In this document: in pieces, positions 41,866-49,525 of the stretch
Position numbering within the stretch: the stretch's first letter is position 1
Layout of the letters: the number at the start of each line of letters is the position of its first letter
DNA from: Candidatus Woesearchaeota archaeon
Lineage (GTDB): Archaea > Nanobdellota > Nanobdellia > Woesearchaeales > GW2011-AR9
Assembly (NCBI GenBank): GCA_018670095.1
Contig: JABHRR010000075.1
Span: 1 to 52,154, forward strand
DNA length: 52,154 nucleotides
Reading direction: 5' to 3'
Notes under the pieces: model-generated
Databases searched by the model: none
Told to the model about the DNA's origin: nothing
Seen by the model: only the letters and a program-made list of their open reading frames with translations
Position numbers and translations under genes: made by a program

Positions 41866-42750
41866 ATGAAAAAAAAACTAATTAACTTAATTGCGGCAAC
41901 AACACTTCTTTCTGCTACAGGATCTGCTTGTGTGCCTATGCAATTTGTTTCTGTAGATAATTATGGTTCTGCTCAATATTCTGAAGAAAATATAACTTTA
42001 GAAAATCTTATTTCTTCAACGTACTGTTTGCTTTCAGAGAGAGATTATAGTGATAACGCTGGCAATACTTTTAATGAGGGTGGATACGGTTCCAGTTTTG
42101 CTTTTCGCCAAGTTGATGGCTATTCATATTTAATTACTAATCAACATGTTGTTGGAGAGTTAGAACAAAATCTTAATGGGAAAATATACAATCGAAATAA
42201 TGTCAATATCAAAATAATCGATTCAAAATTTGACAATAATAAAGATGATGATATCCCTTTAGAAATTGTTTTTGAATCAAAAGAGTTAGATATGGCTATT
42301 CTCAGAACAGAACAGAAACTAAATTTCCTTCCTGAAAAAAATATTCAATTAAGTTCCGATTTAAAGTACGGCGAAGAAGTTTATTTGGTTGGTTACCCTT
42401 TAGGAATGTTTCCTGCCGTAACTGAAGGTATTGTTTCCAATCCGGGACTTTACCCTTTCCATTATGAATTTGAAGATAAAGTAAATGGTTTAACCGTACC
42501 AAATTCTTCCAGAAAAGTTTTGGACCTTTCAGCAAATCCCGGAAATTCTGGTGGCCCTTTATTTGTAAAAAAAGATCATCAATTATACTGGGCAGGAATT
42601 ATTAGTGCTTATTTTATTCACGGTGCCGGCGGTCCTTTCTATAAAGAAAACTCTGGACTAGCCATTGCGATGGACTCTAACATTATCAAAGATATTGCCG
42701 ATTATATAATTATGAATATTGATGACTACATTGGGGAATGTAAAATGTAG
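41866..42750 (+). CDS. Secreted/lipoprotein trypsin-like (S1) serine protease
   Basis: LLSATGSAC. Triad contexts TNQHVV, LDMAILR and GNSGGPLF. No PDZ seen. Confidence 0.8.
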   Translation: MKKKLINLIAATTLLSATGSACVPMQFVSVDNYGSAQYSEENITLENLISSTYCLLSERDYSDNAGNTFNEGGYGSSFAFRQVDGYSYLITNQHVVGELEQNLNGKIYNRNNVNIKIIDSKFDNNKDDDIPLEIVFESKELDMAILRTEQKLNFLPEKNIQLSSDLKYGEEVYLVGYPLGMFPAVTEGIVSNPGLYPFHYEFEDKVNGLTVPNSSRKVLDLSANPGNSGGPLFVKKDHQLYWAGIISAYFIHGAGGPFYKENSGLAIAMDSNIIKDIADYIIMNIDDYIGECKM

Positions 42751-42756
42751 ACTTTG

Positions 42757-42805
42757 GTCCTGCCGTTTTATCCCACCCTGGGAACGCTAAAGGTTACGGC
42801 AGGAC
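42757..42805. repeat. Perfect 10-bp GC-rich inverted repeat GTCCTGCCGT-N29-ACGGCAGGAC followed by T5
   Basis: Read directly. The spacer contains CCCAcccTGGG and a degenerate box aCGCTAAAGG (42784-42793). Confidence 0.7.
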
Positions 42806-42813
42806 TTTTTAAT

Positions 42814-42824
42814 CTCGCTAAAGG
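42814..42824 (+). promoter_or_regulatory. CTCGCTAAAGG box 3
   Basis: Exact 11-mer 3 nt before ATG 42828. Confidence 0.65.
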
Positions 42825-42827
42825 AAA

Positions 42828-43064
42828 ATGACTCTAGACAAAAAGTTTGAGCAACAGTTAACTGATTTTCCTAGATTCTACAAAATAAATTGTAACGGGT
42901 GCGAGGGAGAAATTGAGTATGTGCAGCAACTAAGAAACGAATCGGAGAAATATAATTTTCGTTATGAGTATGCTTGCACTGATTGTGGTTTGATAACTGA
43001 TTATCGAGAAATGAAAAACGAACTGCAATCAAAATGGCCGTATAACATTATTTGGGGGAAATAA
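42828..43064 (+). CDS. Zinc-ribbon protein (operon gene 1)
   Basis: CNGCEGE...CTDCG. Confidence 0.55.
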   Translation: MTLDKKFEQQLTDFPRFYKINCNGCEGEIEYVQQLRNESEKYNFRYEYACTDCGLITDYREMKNELQSKWPYNIIWGK

Positions 43065-43065
43065 A

Positions 43066-43884
43066 ATGGGAGAACTATCTGATAAAATTAAAGAATGGGA
43101 ATCAATGAAAAAGGCTGCTGCAAAAAATGAGTTAAAGCCAACACTGAATTATCAAAAGTTTGATGTTGATAAACTAAGTATCATGCTTCTTGGAGACGAA
43201 CATATCGGTTCAAGATATTATGATAAAGATATGCATCAAGAAGTTTTGGAACATTGTTTTGAGAACAAAATTCCAATAATCTTGATGGGTGACCAATTAG
43301 AAACTGCTACCAGAGATTCTGTTGGTTCTGGAGTTTATGAACAAGACGAAATACTTGAACAACAATTGGAACATTTTATGCATCTTTACAAGCCGTTAGC
43401 AGAAAATGGATTAGTTCTTGGCTTGCATCCCGGGAATCATGAAAATCGTGTTTATAATCAAGCGGGATTAAATCTATCTAAAATCATGGCTAAACAATTA
43501 GACGTGCCATATTTCGGTTGGGGAAAGATGCATTATTTCCTTGTAGGAAAGCAGGGTTATACTATCTACACCACGCATGGTGCTTCTGGCGCAAGAATGC
43601 CGCACACCAAAATTAAAGGGGTAATAGATCTTGCCAATTTAGCGGAAGCAGAAATTTATGCGATGGGCCATTTGCATCAGCTGAGTCATCATGTGAAGAA
43701 CTTCTACTCTGCAGATTTAAGAAATAAAAAAGTTATCGAAGCGCAGAAACATTTCATTCTTACTGGTTCTTACTTGAACCATTGGGGAAGTTATGCGCAT
43801 ATGAAATCTCTGGAGCCGATGCGAAAAGGTAGTCCAATATTGAAACTAAATGGAGATAAACATGAAATCCGGGTGAGTTTATGA
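43066..43884 (+). CDS. Calcineurin-like metallophosphoesterase (operon gene 2)
   Basis: GDEHIG, GDQLE, GNHENR, TTHG, GHLHQ. TAAAATG junction. Confidence 0.8.
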   Translation: MGELSDKIKEWESMKKAAAKNELKPTLNYQKFDVDKLSIMLLGDEHIGSRYYDKDMHQEVLEHCFENKIPIILMGDQLETATRDSVGSGVYEQDEILEQQLEHFMHLYKPLAENGLVLGLHPGNHENRVYNQAGLNLSKIMAKQLDVPYFGWGKMHYFLVGKQGYTIYTTHGASGARMPHTKIKGVIDLANLAEAEIYAMGHLHQLSHHVKNFYSADLRNKKVIEAQKHFILTGSYLNHWGSYAHMKSLEPMRKGSPILKLNGDKHEIRVSL

Positions 43885-44180
43885 GCAGAGAAAAAACTAA
43901 AAGAGAGATAGAAGAACCTTTAACTACGCGCTTAACAGAAGGGATTACTAATTGTCTCGTTAAAAAGAATTATCAGGGTGATGGTTATGATAAACAAGGG
44001 AATTTGGTACATTATTGTGCTTTCTTTAATGTTAGTAACCAATATCAACCAATGGATTGTGGTTTTCGCGGCGAGCAATTAGAAATTCTTGTTGGTGATA
44101 AAAGGGAACTGAACCATCATTATCTTTCTTTTTACAAATGTTGTAACATCAAAAATAAAAAAAAGAGGTGGCGTAGATGA
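43881..44180 (+). CDS. Hypothetical Cys-containing protein (operon gene 3)
   Basis: ATGA overlap with gene 2. 99 aa with a basic tail KNKKKRWRR. Confidence 0.5.
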   Translation: MSREKTKREIEEPLTTRLTEGITNCLVKKNYQGDGYDKQGNLVHYCAFFNVSNQYQPMDCGFRGEQLEILVGDKRELNHHYLSFYKCCNIKNKKKRWRR

Positions 44181-44386
44181 ACGAATACAAATCTTTGCAA
44201 GAAGTTGTTGAGGAGTTTCATTACCTTAACGTTCCTGTAAAAACTGAACTTGGAGAAATGGATGTGTCTTTGGATTATGATGAATTTACAACTTACCTTT
44301 TTAGTGAAGAAAAAGGCTGTCAATATTTTCCTGATGGCAACGTCTACATTTTCTCTGCTAAAAAGTATTTGGAGAATGATCATTAA
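44177..44386 (+). CDS. Hypothetical acidic protein (operon gene 4)
   Basis: ATGA overlap with gene 3. 69 aa. Confidence 0.45.
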   Translation: MNEYKSLQEVVEEFHYLNVPVKTELGEMDVSLDYDEFTTYLFSEEKGCQYFPDGNVYIFSAKKYLENDH

Positions 44387-44388
44387 AA

Positions 44389-44493
44389 ATGGGACGTAAA
44401 AAGAAATGGATGCAATGGTACGACTACTTGTCTCCTGCAGAAGAAGGTAAAAGAAAAAAAAGGGTGAAAAAAAATGACTCGCAAAAAGAATAA
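44389..44493 (+). CDS. Possible 34-aa basic peptide (operon gene 5, below ORF-track cutoff)
   Basis: ATG 2 nt after the previous stop. MGRKKKWMQWYDYLSPAEEGKRKKRVKKNDSQKE*. Overlaps the next start by 20 nt. Confidence 0.3.
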   Translation: MGRKKKWMQWYDYLSPAEEGKRKKRVKKNDSQKE

Positions 44494-44791
44494 ACATGAC
44501 CAAGCTGTAGATGAACTTGAACTTTTAGTTAGAGACCAATACCAAATTGTGATGAAAAATGTTGTTTATCGCATGCCACCTTCTCGAAGAGATTCCGGAG
44601 AATTAGATTTGGTAGGAATTAACGGTGATTGTTGGGATATTTATGAAGTAAAATCTAATGATGGTTATCAGAAAGCAGTAAGTCAAATGGAACGTGCTTA
44701 TTTGTTATTAAGTGATTGTGCTCAAATTTGTACGTTTTATTATTCCGGTAAGGAGAAAAAAATTATTCCTATACATTATTCTAAAAACTAA
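44474..44791 (+). CDS. PD-(D/E)XK-like (Hjc/YraN-type) nuclease-fold protein (operon gene 6)
   Basis: GELDLVGINGDCWDIYEVKS gives an E..D...E.K pattern. Weak assignment. Confidence 0.5.
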   Translation: MTRKKNKHDQAVDELELLVRDQYQIVMKNVVYRMPPSRRDSGELDLVGINGDCWDIYEVKSNDGYQKAVSQMERAYLLLSDCAQICTFYYSGKEKKIIPIHYSKN

Positions 44792-44794
44792 AAA

Positions 44795-45919
44795 ATGGCT
44801 AACTCTAAAAAGAAGAGAAAGAAAAAGAACAAAGAAAAAGAGGAAGAAGACTTAGAAGATTTAGGGGATTTAGATGATTTATTTATAGAAGAAGATGATG
44901 AAATGTCAGATGAGGAAGCGAAAAAGTTTGTTAAAAGTATTGCCGATAAATTATACGTTCAAGAACAGGTTATTGAAGGACAAAGAAAAATTATTGAAAA
45001 ATACCAACAACAAATTGATCAATTATCTCAACCCTCTTCTTCATTAAAAATTGCTTTAAGTCAAGAAGAAACTTCTTATGCAGACATTGGTGGGTTAGAT
45101 TCAGTTTTAGAAAAAATAAAACATTTTGAGTATGGGATTGATTGCCCTTATGCTTATTCTTCATATGGGATTGATCCTCCGAAAGGATTGTTGATGTATG
45201 GCCCTCCCGGTACTGGGAAAACGATGATTGCTAAAGCGATGTCGAACGAACTTGGTTGTTGGTTTTTAGAATTGCCGTTAAGTTTGATTATCAGCAAATA
45301 TGTGGGGGAGGCAGAACAAAATTTGGAAGCGGTAATAGAATCTGCGAAAAAGAAATATCATCAAACAGATCGGAAAGTAATGTTGTTTGTTGATGAAGCA
45401 GAACAGATGTTTAGAAAGAAAGGTAGCCATAATGGCCACGAAGTTGTTGATCGCTGTGTTAACGTTTGGCTGAGAACAATGGATGGCATGGGCAGTAATG
45501 AGGGATTGATCTTTGTTGCCGCTACTAATTACTTAGAAAAGATTGACGACGCTTTACTTCGTGCAGGAAGATTTGATTATGTTGTTGAGATACCTAAACC
45601 TAACTTATCTGGAGTAGAAGATATTTTTATGAAACAAATAAACATTAAAGAAAAGAAAGCGAATAGAGAAATCTATTCTCTTACTAATTTAGAAGGTTTA
45701 TCTGAAATGATGTATGCTTGCAGAATGACCGGCGCAGATATTGCCAATGTTTTGAAACAAGCATCATTTAACCAAATTCAATATTTCATGCAATCTGCTG
45801 CTAGTGGCAAACCAATGTGTAAAGAAGAATTAATGATTCGTGACCAAGATTTGATTAAAGTCATTAGTTTATATGATCGAGTTAAAGAAGAGAAGAAGTT
45901 CGTTGGCTTTAACGTTTGA
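44795..45919 (+). CDS. Classic-clade AAA+ ATPase, single module (operon gene 7)
   Basis: GPPGTGKT, MLFVDEAE, ATNYLEKIDDALLRAGRFD. Highly charged N-terminus KKKRKKKNKEKEEEDLEDL. Confidence 0.85.
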   Translation: MANSKKKRKKKNKEKEEEDLEDLGDLDDLFIEEDDEMSDEEAKKFVKSIADKLYVQEQVIEGQRKIIEKYQQQIDQLSQPSSSLKIALSQEETSYADIGGLDSVLEKIKHFEYGIDCPYAYSSYGIDPPKGLLMYGPPGTGKTMIAKAMSNELGCWFLELPLSLIISKYVGEAEQNLEAVIESAKKKYHQTDRKVMLFVDEAEQMFRKKGSHNGHEVVDRCVNVWLRTMDGMGSNEGLIFVAATNYLEKIDDALLRAGRFDYVVEIPKPNLSGVEDIFMKQINIKEKKANREIYSLTNLEGLSEMMYACRMTGADIANVLKQASFNQIQYFMQSAASGKPMCKEELMIRDQDLIKVISLYDRVKEEKKFVGFNV

Positions 45920-46121
45920 TTTACCTTTCCGCTACAAATCCCACCAATTCTGCGTTATAATAAAAATACCCATCAACAAGTTTATATCATTCTTTCACTT
46001 ACCTCTCAGTATTAGTAAGAAGAATATATTTTAGCGGGGTATAAGGGGTGGTAATACTAATCACTTCTTTTGCAGTTTAGAAAGTTAGAAAGGAGAAACA
46101 AGTTTCTCCCCCTAACAAAAC

Positions 46122-46132
46122 CTCGCTAAAGG
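46122..46132 (+). promoter_or_regulatory. CTCGCTAAAGG box 4
   Basis: Exact 11-mer 2 nt before an ATGGTT that stops after 2 codons. The real ORF, also starting ATGGTT, begins 64 nt later. Confidence 0.6.
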
Positions 46133-46198
46133 TTATGGTTTAGAAATCAAATTAATATTTAAATTTTTCGTAACAATTGTATATACCATCACTTTCGT

Positions 46199-48472
46199 AT
46201 GGTTCCCAGACAAAAAAGACAAAAAAGAATAAAACATCTAGATGAAATAATTTTAGATTCATTAAAAGATTTATCCAGGACCTTACCTCCGGAACCTCAT
46301 CCAAAATTAATCCAAATTTTTGATTATGCTGCTACTCATCCGCCAAAGAAAAGATATAATGATTATTTTTCTTCTGTTAATCAGTTAGCAATTAATCTTT
46401 CTGATTACGAACGGTTAAAGAACGAGTTTGCCGAAAGTGTTGATTGGGCTTATGGTATTTTTTTATCTTGGGTTCATGATGCTGAGGATTCAAAAGTAAA
46501 TTATGATTCACAATCTTTGGTTAATGATATTGATTCATCTTTAGAGGGAATAAAGAAAGCGTTAACTTTACAGGGAAATTCTGAGGAAGTACAATCATTC
46601 TTAACAGAAATAAATGGCAGATTAAAAAATCCTATTTTTCCGCCCCAGTTTACTCGCCTGGGAGAGATTGCTACAGAAACTTCTTATGTCTACAGAAGTT
46701 GTGTTGTTGAGAAAGGTAATCCAGAAACTTATCAATTATGGGAACAATTTCGGAGAAAGTTTGTCATGGGAACATACCCAGAAGTAGTTTCTGCTTTAGC
46801 AAAATTGCCCCGTTATGTGCCCTCATCACTAACAACATTTATTTCTGATGCTATTGAAAATATTGGTGATGCTGAACATTTAACAGAACTAATGAGGACC
46901 ATATCTGAACATTATCATTTGTTTAACAATAAAGAGATTAACAATTTCCTAAATGGAATCAATAAACAATATCCTGCCACTGCTGAAATGGCAGTTAAAC
47001 AACTTAATCAAAGAATGCAATTTCGCGCTTCTGAGAAAGAAATTCTTGCTAGAGAAATCGAAGAAACTAGTGAAAAAATTTATCTTTTAGAATTGGATGA
47101 TCCAGAACCCTACATCCGTAAAAAAGAACATGATATCTCTCTTAGTTTAGGTCCAGAGAAAGCATACGAATTTAAAAAAAATGTTAGGATCTTTGAAGAT
47201 GTTGGTATTGGCAGTTTAACTACTTTTATGAACCTTTATTGTAAATTTTTAGAGAAAAAACTTTCTGAAGAAGATGAACGACATTTTGGTTCGATGTTGG
47301 GAAGTTTAAGTGTTTATTCTAAAAGGAAACAAGAAAATAAAACTATCCTAGATAATATTTTAAGTAAAGGCCCTACTAAAATAAATTCTTCGTTAAGAAA
47401 GAAACTTAAAACAGAATACGATGCAGAAATAACTCATGTTTGGGATTTAAGACCATTACAAGCAAATCTTTATTCAACTTATCATGCTTTTGCTAATTAT
47501 CAAGAGGTAGTCAATCGGAAATTTGAAAATAAGAAATATACTGGGTTTCTTGATTTCTTATTAGAAAAAGATTATTTAGAAGAAGATATTTTAGTTGTTG
47601 CTGGCGGTTGTGGTTTGGCTAAAAAGGAAAGTTTGTTAGTTAAACGACTTAGAGAAGAAGACAATCGTCAAGCAGAACTTTTATTGATTGACAGAAATGA
47701 ACAAGTTACAAATTTGGCTTTGTTACATTGTGTTCAAGAAGGACTTTATGATCTTTCCGATTTGCCACCGGTACTTAACATTGATCTCACTAAAATTTCT
47801 CCAGAACATTTCAAAGAACTTCGAGATTTAATGGATCGACAAATCTTGCTTACTATGTTTGGTGGAACTCCATTTAACCAACCGAACATGTGGGAAATGT
47901 ATGCCCGGGAAAGAGACATTTTTGCACTGCGAAAGTATGGTCCTCATTATGACCAAAATATCTTCACAAGAACATCTGCCTGGATAAAAAGTTTAATCGC
48001 TGAAGAAAGATGGATGATTAAAGTAAGAGAACATGCCAATAAACCAGATTTGTTAATCACAGAAGGAGATTCACGAAAAGATTTGAGTTATTATTGTCAG
48101 CCATCTTCAATTGAATTTTTGAATAAAGGTATCGCTAATCGTTATCAAATCTATCCAGACGATTTGTTATCAAAAAACCCTTTAATTACAATTGATGATA
48201 GTGAACAAAAAATGAAATCGTTTTATTTGGTTCGGGAAGATCACCATTTAAACAAGAATATTCATCCTAACGCTCAAGCCATTTTAGTTATTGATTCCGG
48301 AACTTTAGATGAAGATAAATTTAATAGCATGATGGCCAACATTGGCTGGCAGAATGATTTCTTTTATCATGAAAATTCAATTATTGCTGTTAGTCAAGTA
48401 GCTAAACCAGTGAGGCCATATTTGGGATTGAGGCATTTCGTTTCAGATCATGATTTAATTAGCAGAACTTAA
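46199..48472 (+). CDS. 757-aa protein: unknown N-terminal part of about 440 aa plus SAM-methyltransferase-like (EgtD/Methyltransf_33-like) C-terminal half
   Basis: VVAGGCGLAKKESLL, ELLLIDRNE and LTMFGGTPFNQPN recall ELGxGxxxK...GSTIGNF. Confidence 0.65.
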   Translation: MVPRQKRQKRIKHLDEIILDSLKDLSRTLPPEPHPKLIQIFDYAATHPPKKRYNDYFSSVNQLAINLSDYERLKNEFAESVDWAYGIFLSWVHDAEDSKVNYDSQSLVNDIDSSLEGIKKALTLQGNSEEVQSFLTEINGRLKNPIFPPQFTRLGEIATETSYVYRSCVVEKGNPETYQLWEQFRRKFVMGTYPEVVSALAKLPRYVPSSLTTFISDAIENIGDAEHLTELMRTISEHYHLFNNKEINNFLNGINKQYPATAEMAVKQLNQRMQFRASEKEILAREIEETSEKIYLLELDDPEPYIRKKEHDISLSLGPEKAYEFKKNVRIFEDVGIGSLTTFMNLYCKFLEKKLSEEDERHFGSMLGSLSVYSKRKQENKTILDNILSKGPTKINSSLRKKLKTEYDAEITHVWDLRPLQANLYSTYHAFANYQEVVNRKFENKKYTGFLDFLLEKDYLEEDILVVAGGCGLAKKESLLVKRLREEDNRQAELLLIDRNEQVTNLALLHCVQEGLYDLSDLPPVLNIDLTKISPEHFKELRDLMDRQILLTMFGGTPFNQPNMWEMYARERDIFALRKYGPHYDQNIFTRTSAWIKSLIAEERWMIKVREHANKPDLLITEGDSRKDLSYYCQPSSIEFLNKGIANRYQIYPDDLLSKNPLITIDDSEQKMKSFYLVREDHHLNKNIHPNAQAILVIDSGTLDEDKFNSMMANIGWQNDFFYHENSIIAVSQVAKPVRPYLGLRHFVSDHDLISRT

Positions 48473-49459
48473 TTATTTGATTTTCTTAATCTCTGGGAAA
48501 TAATCTACAACATATTCTTTATTAACAACAACTGTTCTGTAATGTCTAATTAATTGCCCAAAATTTCTTCTTAACTCTTTTAGATTTTTTCTTAACTCGC
48601 TACTACTTCTAACCTGAACTTCAAACTCTAAATCTGACCTCCCAATCGCTTCCGTAACGTAAGTTACGTTTCTGTTCAGTTTCAGATATTCTTTTAATCT
48701 TAATCTTACTCTGGGATTAACGTCAGCCAATTTTATAAATATTTTATAATTCTGATAACCTAATTGGCCAGTATCAATCTTTGGCCTGAAACCCACAATA
48801 ACCTTCTTTTCTTTCAAGTTTTTTATTCTCTGCTTGATTGTGTTTGGGGCTACGTTAAGTTTGTTAGCCATGTTTAATAGCGGTTCTCTGGCGTTCTTAG
48901 AAAGAAACCATAATATTTGCAAGTCTGTGTTATCTAAACAAACAGTTTTAGTTTTACCACCAATAACTCTCTCTAAAAGATCATTCTGATCATAAATGTA
49001 ATTGTTCATGTAATGATGAATTTGTGTTATAATGGTAACAAAACTATCTTGGAAATAACTGCCGTGCTTTTCTAAAATTTGATCAAAAATTTCTTTGAAC
49101 TCAAAAACATTTTTTGCCCAAATTAATACTGCTAAATCGTACGTTTCTTCTAGAAGAATTACCCATCCTACAGATTTTAAATTTCTAAGAAAATGTAAGA
49201 TTTCTTTTTCTTTCTCAATGTCAACACCTTGAAATCTGATAAAAACTCGAAAGACCATATATCCTAATTTTGAATTGTCAATGATTGCATAAAAACTTCT
49301 GATAATTTTTTGGTCAACTAACCTTTTAATTCTGTAATTGACCACTTCTTTTGATAATCTTGTCTTTTTAGCGATGATTGAGTTTGCTTGTCTGGCATCT
49401 TGATCGAGGCAGTACAAAATAGCTTTATCTTTTGCATCAAGACTAGAAGTAGTGGGCAT
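48473..49459 (-). CDS. Tandem (fused double) Lrp/AsnC-family regulator
   Basis: Two HTH units, DKAILYCLDQDARQANSIIAKKTRLSKEVVNYRIKRLVDQKII and DLQILWFLSKNAREPLLNMANKLNVAPNTIKQRIKNLKEKKVI, each followed by a RAM-like region. Confidence 0.8.
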   Translation of the reverse strand: MPTTSSLDAKDKAILYCLDQDARQANSIIAKKTRLSKEVVNYRIKRLVDQKIIRSFYAIIDNSKLGYMVFRVFIRFQGVDIEKEKEILHFLRNLKSVGWVILLEETYDLAVLIWAKNVFEFKEIFDQILEKHGSYFQDSFVTIITQIHHYMNNYIYDQNDLLERVIGGKTKTVCLDNTDLQILWFLSKNAREPLLNMANKLNVAPNTIKQRIKNLKEKKVIVGFRPKIDTGQLGYQNYKIFIKLADVNPRVRLRLKEYLKLNRNVTYVTEAIGRSDLEFEVQVRSSSELRKNLKELRRNFGQLIRHYRTVVVNKEYVVDYFPEIKKIK

Positions 49460-49525
49460 ATTTAGTAGAATAATTTTGGATTATTTAATTATTACTATCA
49501 AAAACTGCAAAAAAAGAGAAAATAC

